A DNA stretch of 64,000 nt from Amoebophrya sp. A120. Its lineage: Eukaryota > Protista > Dinoflagellata. The stretch covers positions 439,319-503,318 of the forward strand of contig CAJINV010000005.1 of NCBI GenBank assembly GCA_905178155.1. The letters run 5' to 3'. Positions 1 through 10,392 of the stretch are shown piece after piece. The position numbers and the translations under genes were made by a program. Numbering within the stretch: the stretch's first letter is position 1; each line of letters begins with the position of its first letter. The notes under the pieces are model-generated. The model did no database searches. It was not told the DNA's origin and was given only the letters and a program-made list of their open reading frames with translations.

Positions 1-1229
1 GGGCTTTGGTAGTCACGAGTTCCGGATGCGTCGTGCAAGCCTAGTTTGATCCAATCGGTGACGCGCTTGGTCTCCGGGCTGTCAGGCTGAAAGAGAGGGC
101 GTGACTTCTTGTCCCTGGCAACCAAGTTTGCATCTTTGTAAACGGCGAAGACGAAGGTCATCCAGGGATTCACGATGCGCACGGTTGGGTTTTCCGGGTA
201 CAGGTGCTTTTCGGTGACGGCGTCCCCGCCCGCAGCACACTCCAACACAAACTTCTTGATGTCTTTTGTAACACTGGCCACAGCTTCTTGCTGCTGGAGG
301 AAGGTTCGGTTGCAGGACTCCCAGGCGGAACTGATTTTCAGCACCTGCGCTTCCATGTTGCGTTTCTTATTGTAACTGTTTTCCGACCCGAAAACGTCAT
401 CGAACACTTCCCGCGTCTTAATTTTGCCTTCGAACTCCTGCAGCTGGGCAAGAGTCATCTTGTTTTCCGAGCCCAGAGTGGAGAACAAGTCCCAAAGAGC
501 CTTGGCGGCGGTGGGAAACTTTCCGCTGTGAAACTGCCACACACGCAGATCCCTGCTTTTTCCGTCATTTCCGTTCTTGCCATTCTTAATGCCCTTCTCT
601 GGTTCTGGCTTCTTACCATTTTTTCCAAACTCCTTGTCCTTCCCTTTGAAAACTATTTCCTTTCCATCCTTCTTTCCTTTCATTGCGCCCTTGAACTGCA
701 AGTCCTGATCTTTTCCACCCTTCCCGTTTTTATCGTCCTTCCCGTTTTTCCCATCGCCTTTGCCGTTTTTCCCATCTCCCTTTTTCCCCTTACTGAAGCC
801 CGGTATCAGAAAGTGACAAACGCCGTTTGTCCATTCCTCGGCAGCCTCGCGCTGCGCGTCTGACCCTTCGAAGTTGTAAAGGCAGGCCACTCGCAGCAAC
901 TCAACCAAAGCCGCGCCCGCTTCGCCGCTTGTCAGCTTTTCTCTGCCTGCTACGCCCGTGCAGTTTTCTATCTTTGTAAGAATCTTCTCAGCCGCTTCGC
1001 TCGCATCGCGCGGGTTCACGGGGTTTATCTTGGCGCCGTCCTTGTCGCTCCAGTCCCAGACGCAGTCCCTGAAAATCTTGCAAATCGGCGGGCTGTTCGG
1101 GTTTGGCTTTTTTGGCCCGATGAGCACGCTTCTATATGTGGAATGCTCCGCGTCGTCCTCGTAGTCAATTTTCTTGAAATAGACCAACGCCGCCGCCTTT
1201 AATGCTTCCTCCTCTGTGGGTGAAGACAT
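1..1229 (-). CDS. Hypothetical protein, 5' part; runs off the left edge; contains a G/K/D/N-rich repeat segment
   Basis: ATG at 1229 (MSSPTEEEALKAAALVYFKK...) opens a stop-free frame towards base 1. It is absent from the ORF track because no stop lies in the window. A GKKGDGKNGKGDGKNGKDDKNGKGG tract is at about 560-790. Confidence 0.75.
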   Translation of the reverse strand, partial: MSSPTEEEALKAAALVYFKKIDYEDDAEHSTYRSVLIGPKKPNPNSPPICKIFRDCVWDWSDKDGAKINPVNPRDASEAAEKILTKIENCTGVAGREKLTSGEAGAALVELLRVACLYNFEGSDAQREAAEEWTNGVCHFLIPGFSKGKKGDGKNGKGDGKNGKDDKNGKGGKDQDLQFKGAMKGKKDGKEIVFKGKDKEFGKNGKKPEPEKGIKNGKNGNDGKSRDLRVWQFHSGKFPTAAKALWDLFSTLGSENKMTLAQLQEFEGKIKTREVFDDVFGSENSYNKKRNMEAQVLKISSAWESCNRTFLQQQEAVASVTKDIKKFVLECAAGGDAVTEKHLYPENPTVRIVNPWMTFVFAVYKDANLVARDKKSRPLFQPDSPETKRVTDWIKLGLHDASGTRDYQS

Positions 1230-1474
1230 GGCGTTTGCGTTTGAAAGAATGTATTTTCTGGAGTGTTGACGATTTGCATGAGCATGAAGTAAGTTAATTA
1301 TGAAAAGAATCGAGCACTAAAACTAAGGCATTCTTCCTCAAATTACTGGCAGGAAAGTTTTTATTTTCACTGCTAGAATCGGTAACCGCAGCTGGATCTG
1401 GAGCCTGAGGTAGAAAGGCGACAATAGTGCTGATTTCTTCTAACACGGACAGCTATATCATGACCTCAACGACC

Positions 1475-1744
1475 TCATGGATGTGGATCCCAATAGTAGC
1501 AGCCACCGGAGAGAAGCCACGAGATCAGGATCCAATCTGTGTCGTGCTCCGCATGACAAAGATCCTTCCCGTCGTGTAGGCAACTTTGGATCAGGCGAAC
1601 TACGTACTCGTTCATCCGAAACTGAGCGGGGACCTGTTGTGGAAGGTTTTCTTTCGCTTGTTTCTTTCCTTGGACCACTGAATAATTGCAGGGTCGTGGA
1701 TTGAAAGCTGGAACGTAGGAGACTTCATCTTCGATCGCGACCAT
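1475..1744 (-). CDS. Possible short hypothetical ORF (MVAIEDEVSY...)
   Basis: ATG-initiated part of ORF 1475..1897 on the gene-bearing strand; no recognisable motif. Confidence 0.2.
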   Translation of the reverse strand: MVAIEDEVSYVPAFNPRPCNYSVVQGKKQAKENLPQQVPAQFRMNEYVVRLIQSCLHDGKDLCHAEHDTDWILISWLLSGGCYYWDPHP

Positions 1745-2085
1745 CTTCTCAATTATAATGAACTCCAGTGCCGTCGGCTTCAGGAGCAGATTCGAAAAAA
1801 ACACCGAAATTCGAAACACGTCGAACACGTTAGAAAATCGTCGAGGTCGATAGATACTCTTAACTTGCTCGGAGATAATATCCGCAGTAAAGAACAACGT
1901 TGCACATTGCTTTTGCGCAATAGACTTTGGAGAGAAACTGTTCGGCTATTTTTGATGCGAAAGTTTGTAGTTTTCTTTCCACTCGCAACTCAAGTCACTT
2001 AATAAATACTTAGGTTTTAGTTTAAGAGAAAGAGTGGATGAAGGCCGCATGTAGATGTAATACTAAAAACTTATCATTCAACTCT

Positions 2086-4846
2086 TCACAACCATCTCTC
2101 CAGCATTTTTTCACTGCTTTCCCACAAATAATCCATCATTTCCTCGTCCTGCGCCAGCCTGCTCTGCGTCGCCAACTTACTGTCTCCCACGTAGTGCTTA
2201 TCCAACGAAAAAAGTGCTACAGTTACACATTTGTTGGCAATTCAGCAACACAAATTTTATCTGCATGAGAGAGGAAATTTGCAATGCCGAGATCATAGGG
2301 GAAAACGAGTATGAAACGAGGATCACATGCCTTTCCGGCATGCGAAAGGTAATCACGCTTGCGCGTTCTGCAATACAAGATGTAACTGTAACACTTTTTT
2401 CTTTGCATAGTGCTCGCCGATGATCGGCCTGAGCTCGAACATCGCGTACAGGATCTGGTTCACTGCCGCTTCCTTCGCCGTGATCATCCCGATAAACCGC
2501 AGTGAATAGTGCTGGAAAACCCCAGCGGTGTTGTAGTAGCTCGCTTTGACGTTGTTTCTGCCCTTGTCGGAGAAGATCACGTCCATGAATAACCAGTTGG
2601 AAAGCGGTTGCACCACCTTCCCGAAGAAATTCCCGATCGCGTTCTCGGCAAGCGACCCGGTGTACACCATACCGGGGTGGACGGACACGCTGTGGACGTC
2701 GAGCTTGCGAACCAGGGAGTTGCTGAAGAGATTGTTCATCAACTTTGTGTTACTGTAGGTGTTCCAGTGGAAATCGAGACCAAGTTTGGTTATGTTCAGA
2801 GAAGTACTTGCGGTCTTGTTGGTTGGCTTCTTTTTCGCAAGAATTTGCTGTTCCTGCGTACTATCCGTGCTGTTCTTCTTGTTTTTCACCATTTTACCCG
2901 ACAGCCCGTCCTCCAGTGCTGTGGCGAGGGCGGATTTCTTTTTCGATTTGAAGCCGGGTAGCCTTTATCCAAGAAAAAAAGTGGCACCGTTACACATTTG
3001 TTGTCAATTCACCAACACAAATTTTCTCTGTCTGATAGAGAAATCATGTGCAGCGCTGAGATCATAAGGGAATAAAACACGTATGAAACGAGGCTGTCAT
3101 GCATATCCGGCATGACAGAGCTTGCTTGTATTGCTTGGCCTCCAGCAACACAATGTGTAACTGTAACACTTTCACCTTTCCATAGCTTTCCAAACGCGTG
3201 TAGCAAGGAGCTGACGTGGATAACGCGTCGGAGAACTTTCTTCTGGTTTTTCTTTTCATCCTCCTTCAAAAGCAGTCTCGTGAGCAGGAAAGGCGACAAG
3301 TGGTTGGTCTGAAACTGGAGCTCAAACCCGTCTTTTATCGTAAGGAAAAATCCGCCCTCCCCATATCGAAAAGAAAATTTGTGATGCTGATTTGTCACCA
3401 CAAATCAGCTTTGTCTTGCGCACAAGGCAAACGGCATCCATGTGGCGCATCGTATAGCGAGTCTGTCATGCGTCTTCGTCTATGTCAGACTTGTTTCTCA
3501 TGCTCAGCTGCTAGCCGGATGCGTACCCAAATGGGCTTAGAATATGCCGACAAGCTCTTGCTGCAATACAAAGTTCATTTGTGTACACAAATCCAGCAAC
3601 ACAAATTGTCTTTTGAGTATGGGGTGGGGGCTTTTTTCACCTTGATATCTTTCGTGATTTCCTTCTTCTCCATCCACCCGATGTATTGCAGTGAAAAATG
3701 CCCCCACCCCGGAGTTTGCAGAAGTTTGTCATGCAAAGTTTCCCAATGACAGCTTTTTGTCTTGCATAAAAGGATTGCGAGCGTTTCTGATGCAGAATCA
3801 GGGTGCGCAAGGTGCCTTGTGCATAATAGAGCCGCCTGCTGTTCGGCTATTTCGCAACACAAATTTGATCTATTCAGCATGGAAAATTTGTGATGCTGAG
3901 ATATGCAAGACGGGGAATGTTTCTGTTGGAAAGGTTTGCAATACTGCCAAGCTGGGGGTGGGGGCATTTTTCATTGTAATACGATGCCCGCGTTGTTCAC
4001 TAAAACAACGGCTTTTTTGGACTCCTTGGCCAGTTCCCGGATTTTTTCGTCCGCTTCCTTCACGTATCAAATGCAAAAATGTCTGGGTCTGGAAGGTTGG
4101 AACTTGTCATGCTAACTTCGGACTCTAAGAAACTCTGTATTGCATGACCAGCAAGAGGAGTCTAGTTTGTGCTACGCGGGGAGGGCGTTTGTCATGCGGA
4201 GTAGGCATCAGGAAGCCCTCTAAAAATCTGTGATGCTAGGGCGTGCATTATAGACGTCCTGGGTCATGCAAAACATGCATCACAAGTCTCAGAATCTTCC
4301 AGACCCAGACATTTTTGCATTTGATATCACGGCTTTCAGGGACGACAGGTCGAGGGGTAAGATGTGTGGCTTGGGAACACCAGCACGAGAAGTGGAAGTG
4401 CTTAGGTCGATAGTTGTACTTGTAGCGCTTTGATATTGATGTTCATCTGCATCAAGAGAAGAAGGAGCTTCTCTAGTTTTATTGTTGTACTGGTCGGCCA
4501 AAAGTTGTTCCATTTTCTTCGTGTTCCGCACGGCGAAAACTAGCTGCTTTTCCAACCCCAGGTCCAGCAATTCCACGGCCAGCGCGAACCCGATCCCGGA
4601 GGAGGCGCCGGTCACGACGAAGAGAACATCCTTGTCGATCATTTTTCGCGGGACTTTGTACAAATCTTCCCCCGACAGCAAACCGTAAAATCTGTTCTCG
4701 CCGTTCGTGGCCAGCGGGTGGGGGTGCGGGTAGGTGGTCAGGAAATAGTAAATGCCGTGGCGAAGCTCCTCCGGGACCGCTTTGTAGTACGCGAAGGCAA
4801 GAAACGCCATCGCCATCGGCAAAAGCTTCCACTGACGGTCCTTCAT
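2086..4846 (-). CDS. Short-chain dehydrogenase/reductase (retinol dehydrogenase-like), interrupted by 5 TIR introners
   Basis: After removing each element plus one DR: VVTGASSGIG, LDLSSLKAVKEAD, LVNNAGIG, ITKDGFELQFQTNHL, VIHVSS, YSNTK, VHPGMV and C-terminal AQDEEMMDYLWESSEK; TGA at 2086-2088. Confidence 0.93.
2199..2409. mobile_element. TIR introner, family C
   Basis: TATCCAACGAAAAAAGTGCTACAGTTACA...TGTAACTGTAACACTTTTTTCTTTGCATA; DR GTGCT/GTGCT; removal gives IIGEHYVGDSK. Confidence 0.92.
2966..3184. mobile_element. TIR introner, family C
   Basis: Same TIR and interior as 2199-2409; DR GCCTT/GCTTT (1 mismatch); removal gives AFG(K/R)LPGF. Confidence 0.88.
3336..3647. mobile_element. TIR introner, family B (AAAAATCCCCCCTCCCCATATC-type ends)
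   Basis: DR TCTTT/TCTTT; removal rebuilds ITKDGFELQF. Confidence 0.93.
3684..3981. mobile_element. TIR introner, family B' (TGAAAAATGCCCCCACCCC ends)
   Basis: About 27-bp TIR; DR CGATG/CGATG; removal gives NNAGIGWME; interior closely similar to 47507-47811. Confidence 0.93.
4065..4326. mobile_element. TIR introner, family A (TATCAAATGCAAAAATGTCTGGGTCTGGAAG)
   Basis: Perfect TIR of about 31 bp; DR TCACG/TCACG; removal gives SLKAVKEADEKI. Confidence 0.95.
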
Positions 4847-5370
4847 TTTGATGTTTGTTCTACGGAGTCAACGGTTTTAAGCTCCTGTATCGACTATAAA
4901 GTGCGTGGATAGAAGCAAAACCACGTGGGTTCCTGCGTCCTCGAAAATAAATCTTCAATGGCTCGCGCCCTACTCTAGAAATCTATTGCAGTCGTTTTCA
5001 CGTCACTGCATGTCTTCACAGGAAAGAGAAAAAAAATCGTGCACGAATTTGCACTCCTATTGGTCTTTACAACCCCTTCATTTTCTTCGACGGGCTCTTT
5101 CCGTCTAACCTTCTATATTAAGAGCTCGCGTTCTTTTTTTTCTAAGCCTCTTGTGTGAACCGCCGAGAGCAGGAGAACACGACGAAAGTATCTACAGTAT
5201 GATGAAATGCAGTTGCAGGTAGAAGCAGCAGGGTCCACTTCTCTAGTGCCTCCAGCTGGGCCGCATTCATTCATTTTCATTTTTCTGGGGCCGGCGAGTC
5301 CAACAAATACAACATCAATGTTCCTGCTTGATGTACTTCGGCGGGGGGAAAATTAATATTCTTGCTGGTA

Positions 5371-6072
5371 TCTTCATATCCATGCGGATGAAGTAGATTC
5401 AGATTTTGATTTTCAGCACTGAGTCTCGCCATCAAGGTGCTTGGTCGGGGTTTTCCAATGGCCGCGGCCCCTCTTCATATCCCGGCATACTAGGCACAAG
5501 CAGTCTTGCTCGCGTTTGCGCAGATTGCAATCCCTCCACAACCCTCCGCAACCCTCCGCAGCCCTCCGCAACCCACGGGCGCGCGAGCCTCTCCCCCCCC
5601 GCATCTCTACACCTATGTAGTGCCGTATCTACATACTCATATGCTATTTATGTATAGATACAAAATATCATACATACTAGATATTCGTAGACAAAAAAAG
5701 CCGCACCATATCCGCCACCGACCACAACCCTCCGCAACCCTCCGCAACCCACCGCAACCCTCCGCAACCCTCCGCAACCCACCGCAGCCCTCCTCCCCCC
5801 GCTCCTTTGGTGCTTTCTTTCTTCCGCCGCTTTTTATATATGGTCTGCAGTGTATCTAGTAGCTGCGCAGCTTCCTTCTTTTTTTGCAAGAATGAAAGTA
5901 GTACTAGTAGCATAGATAAACCATAGGGCCTGTAGCCATCTGGGTAGATCCAGAAACCAGCGCAACCGCCCACAACCCTCGGCAACGCCTCTCCCCCACT
6001 GGTATCTTCGTGCTTCCTTCCTCCCCCTCTTCATATCCATGCGGATGAAGTAGATTCAGATCTTGATTTTCA
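5371..6072. repeat. About 700-bp intergenic unit with 45-bp terminal direct repeats and internal (AACCCTCCGC)n arrays
   Basis: TCTTCATATCCATGCGGATGAAGTAGATTCAGAT(T/C)TTGATTTTCA at 5371-5415 and 6028-6072. 10-mer tandem arrays at about 5538-5576 and 5722-5793, with a degenerate copy at about 5961-5990. Confidence 0.8.
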
Positions 6073-6403
6073 CACGAATTGCAATTCATCTTGTTCTGGC
6101 AGGAGAGAACAAGTTTTTTTTTACGGTCACCGTGGCCGAGAGGACAACAATCGATTTAAACAAGAAATCTACCCTTTCGAAACACCTCTATCATCAACGA
6201 CCAAATAGCTTTACTGTCACGGTCTTGCTATCTTTACACGTGAAGAAAATGAAAAAGAAGGCCGGGCGGCGCGGCTTCAGAAGAAACATCATTTCTGGTA
6301 CGTTTTAATTTCAATCGTCAATATAATTTCTCGTCTACTAGTACCCCCGCCCGAACTTCGATTTTGTGGTCTTGTGCAGTTTCTGCACAAAAATCCTAAG
6401 TGC

Positions 6404-8594
6404 TTACGACCCACCCGCGGCCAGGGTTGCGCGAAAGGGGAGCGGTGCCATGTATGCATTGCAAATATATCCTCTGGGTCTGTCATGCGAAATTTGAAGG
6501 ACAAGGACTTCTAGGAGAACAAGATCAGGAGTGATATGAATACTTACGTGTAGGAGCCAGGTTTGTTGTCGCGCTGAAAGCCAGTTTGTCATGTCCATGT
6601 GCATGACGGATGCATTATCTGCAACAAGCCTGGAAAATAAACAAAAAACTTCTGATGCTGTTATAAACGCCGGACAAGCACAAGCTGTGCTGGCTACATC
6701 AACTCGGCGAAGTAGATGCAAGTACCAGCAGCGAGCACAAGTTTATTCCTCGAGACCCAGATCGAAATTTGCAGTGCATACCATGTAGTCGTCGGCGATG
6801 GGGTCGAGTCCGTGTTGCTTCATGTGTTCCTCCCAGTTGTCGACTGGGACGACCACAGCACTGATCGTGCCACTTGGTCGTTCTTGGTCGCTCTTCTCGT
6901 TCTTGACCAGTGCATGGTTCACTTCCGTTTTCTTTTCTTGGTCCATGGCTTCTCCATCGATGCTGGCTGTATTACTGTTCTCGTTCTTAATAGCTTGATG
7001 AAGGTCATGTTGTCCCGCATTTGGTCGTCAGTATCACAAGAAAAAAGTGCTACAGTGACACATCTATTGCAACTTCAGCAACACAAATTTTCTCTGTGTT
7101 GCAGAGAAAACTTGCGATGCAGAGATCTTCCTAAGGGAAAACACATACGAAACGAAGTTCGGATGCATTTCTTGCATGACAAAGGTTGTCTGTCTTGCGG
7201 CTCCTGCAACACTATGTGTAACTGTAAGTGTAACACTTTTTTCTTGCGATAGTCGGGGTCGTTGGACTAGTACTGCAGTAGAACACAACACCGCCCTTCC
7301 AGTTTGAATTTGATCCTGATCTTCCTGCTTATAATAGGTCTCAAGAATCTGGGCTCCTGCAGATAGCGTGGGACAAAGAGTAGACGCTAGTGATGTCGTA
7401 CTAGGCAATGCACCGAGAACGGGAGATGAAAAAGTAGATGGCTGCTGCTGTTCATGTTCTCCTTGTCCTTCAACACACATCAAACTTGTAGTACCAGTAG
7501 AAGAGGCAACATTCGAGGTAGAAGTTGAAGTAGCGCTGTTGTTCTTTCCTGTACTTTTTTTCTTCTTTTCGGTTTGATGTCCTTTCTTTTCCGAGGTCGC
7601 GCTGCTGTTGCCGCTGTCCTTGCGTTTAATATTTTTCGGTGTAGTTGGGCCAGAACCAGTGTCTTTTTTGGTCGGCTTTTTCGGTTTTTTGTGCAGCTTC
7701 TTGTTCCCCGGTGAGTTGTTGCTTTGCTTCGATGAATTTTTTCGGCTTTTTTTGATGATCTTGCCCACGACCGGAAGAGTGGATGATGCTGATGCGCCGG
7801 CACTGTAAGTTGCTTTCACAGATGGAGATGTAGTTGAAGATGAGCCGTTCATGAGTAAAAAATCTTGTTCACCGTTTGTCGTTTTCAGCATTTTTTCATC
7901 ATCATTTTCCTCCTTCGCTTCCTCCAAGATCCGTCGTTCCGCGGTAGCTTCGGCCTGCAGCGCCGCCTCCCGCTTCCCGCGCGCCCACGAGTTATTGTGA
8001 GGAAAATCAAAAATCCCCCCTCCCCATATCAACTTGGAAATTTGTGATGCTGATTTGTGGCCACCGCCACAAATTATCGGCTTTGTCTTGCAGAAAGTGC
8101 TTGCCGGGTATGCAGAAGGCTAGCAATCAGGTATGGCAAACAGGTTGGCAGTAGTCGAAAGCGCACGACAGACTGGCTGTAGAATGCGCCACAAGGAGGC
8201 TCCCATTACCCCATGATGGGCAAGACAAAGAGGATTTGTGACCCCACATCAGCATCACAAATCTCCTTTTCGATATGCAGAGGAGGGATTTTTTCTTGCA
8301 ATAGGAGTGCGGGCGGAACCAGCTGCACATCGTGGACGGGGAAGCCGTGCTAGATGCGCCAAAAAGATGGCTGAATCGGTCCCGTTCGGGGACGAAAGAC
8401 AGGGTGACCCCCTCGGCGGAGGACTGGATGCAACTCAAGTAGTAGGTCCCGACTTTCAAGCCCCACTGGTCGCTCGGGAGCTTCTCAATGTCGAAAGTGT
8501 GTTTGTCATAGAAGACCTTGGTAAACTTGACGTGAACCACACCACCCATGGAGTGCTGCCACTCGCCTTGCAGGTCGGCGATCTGGGGGTCCAT
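6404..8594 (-). CDS. Hypothetical protein (K/S/T-rich low-complexity middle), 3 introners
   Basis: ORFs 8127..8594, 7064..8032, 6743..6946 and 6404..6721 join in frame after removing the elements (FRPHSWARG; QRPRRPNAG; DDYMAPLPF). The 3' end is uncertain. Confidence 0.7.
6453..6780. mobile_element. Diverged family-A-like TIR introner
   Basis: TATGCATTGCAAAT...TCTGGGTCT / AGACCCAGA...ATTTGCAGTGCATA; DR CCATG/CCATG. Confidence 0.85.
7032..7251. mobile_element. TIR introner, family C
   Basis: TATCACAAGAAAAAAGTG / CACTTTTTTCTTGCGATA; DR GTCAG/GTCGG. Confidence 0.88.
7993..8303. mobile_element. TIR introner, family B
   Basis: Family-B ends; DR CGAGT/GGAGT (synonymous mismatch). Confidence 0.87.
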
Positions 8595-10392
8595 CCTGAT
8601 TTGTTCTTCGATTAAGTACTTTCACTTTCAGCGGTTTATTGTGCTTTGTGGTATCAGATGGCTCACGTAAAAATAAAGTAAAAAACGTTCTTATTTAGTA
8701 GTTGTAAAGTTGCTAATATAATAGTAAAATGCTGCCCCCACGACGAGACAAACTCCGTCTTGTCAAATTGAAGGCTCTAGAGAGCAAGTGGTTACTACAG
8801 ATACAGAATTTCTTGTTGCCCGGGTTCTTACAATCTTTATCTTGGACAGTAAAGTTCTTGTATGTTGCGTATTGTTACAGTGACTCGCGTAGGTGCTCGC
8901 AAAGAAAGACTATGTGAATTGTGCGAGTGAGGGAAAATAACATTAACAATACTACTCCAGTAGAATTTCCATAAGTTTGAATGAGTTTTTATCGATACGA
9001 TTACGATACTAATCTAATCTAGACCTAGAAATTTCTTCCGCTTCTCCTCAGATGGCGTTGTTAGTTTTCCGCTGATATTGATTGGAAAAAAAATTGTCGA
9101 CGTCGGACTGGATCTATTCAGTGAGCGATTAAGTAAAAATACTGCTTCCTTGTAGCCACGGCAGGAACACAAATACAACGAAAAATCATGAATAGATCCT
9201 GCTAGATCAGTTTTCGTTGCCAGTGCCATTTCTATCACTTGGGCAACTGGACCTGGCAGTGTTAGCAAAGCTAGATCTTCCATATCGGCGACGTACCAAA
9301 ATGTTTGATAGTGGATGAAGCAGATTCGACAGAAGGATTTTCCAGGGCGCAGGAGGTGCACTTCTATGCGGGCTTTGTTCGCTTCGACCCTTCTCGAGTT
9401 TTTTGCATAGTGGCGCTTGTCGCGAGTGGAAGTCTTCAACAGCGAAGGTAATAAATTGATGCACCAGTGCAGTAGAATACAGTTTGATGTCGGCAAATTG
9501 CTTTTGACACACGGAGGTGAGGCAAGGAGAGAAACTGGTGAGCGAGTCTGACTGTAGTACGAAAAATATACCTATGTCCGATCAGTATATTAGTCCAAAT
9601 TCAGTGTAGCATTTTGTCGTGTAGAAGAGAACAAACAAGGAACAAAAAAGCTATACAATGAAGTTGTTTCAAATCGTGTAGAAGAAGAAAAACGTAAAAA
9701 TGACAAAAACTATACATAGATGCTAATGCGGAAAGTCTTGCCTTGCAAGCCACAAACTGCCGTACAGGCACCTCCGAAATTGTGGCTGCAAGAAGGTCCG
9801 GTTTAATCTCACGTGACTCAGTTTTCGATCTTCCCCCGAAAATCAATGCATTTTTGCACCGCAATTTATCTATTTACATAGACCCTCCTAGCAGTTGTTT
9901 TTACACAGTAGGTGTGTGTAAACTGACCCCAGGTAGAATCCAGGAATGTGATATTTGTAAAAGATGAAACAGAAAAACAGGTTGCTACGGGAGTGCTGCG
10001 TATGTTGCATAATATCGGAACAAAAAGCTGCATAGGATAGCAAAGATGAAAAGCAGATCCGCATGGGTAACAAGTCAAAATTTCAGATCATACATTTTTA
10101 TGCAATGATATTTGAAGCGTAAACTATAAATAAGCGTTTTCACGATGAAAATTCGTTCTGTAGCCACTAGCTGATTATAGCCTGTGCCAAGGACGGTTGA
10201 TATTAAACTCTGTTGCATATTAGTGTTGAAACGGAAACTGTATTGAATGAGCATTTATTCTAACCCTCGAAAGATGAACAAGAAGATTAACCGCCTGATG
10301 GCTCCTAATAGCCCGCTAGACAGTAACACTTTTGTCCTTCTATTTTTCTCTTGAAGCAGCAAGACCTCAGCTGGTTTCTTCCCGATCGGCCC

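Noticed and set aside
204-863. Plus-strand 219-aa hydrophobic ORF, and other long plus-strand ORFs (26126, 53565, 60548)
   Set aside because: Antisense shadows of minus-strand low-complexity coding sequence; no motifs.
4065-4326. Tc1/mariner-type TA target duplication
   Set aside because: Removing the element plus one TA shifts the frame. The TA belongs to the inverted repeat and the real duplication is the outer 5 bp.
5538-5793. CRISPR-like array
   Set aside because: Tandem 10-mers without unique spacers, no cas genes, eukaryotic context.
5929-5945. Partial match (GTAGCCAT) to the dinoflagellate spliced leader
   Set aside because: Only 8 nt, on the non-coding strand and not at a gene 5' end.
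8700-10300. Short ORFs in this spacer and at 49000-50400 and 62600-64000
   Set aside because: No motifs, mostly non-ATG starts and no coherent exon chain; no transposase-like sequence seen.
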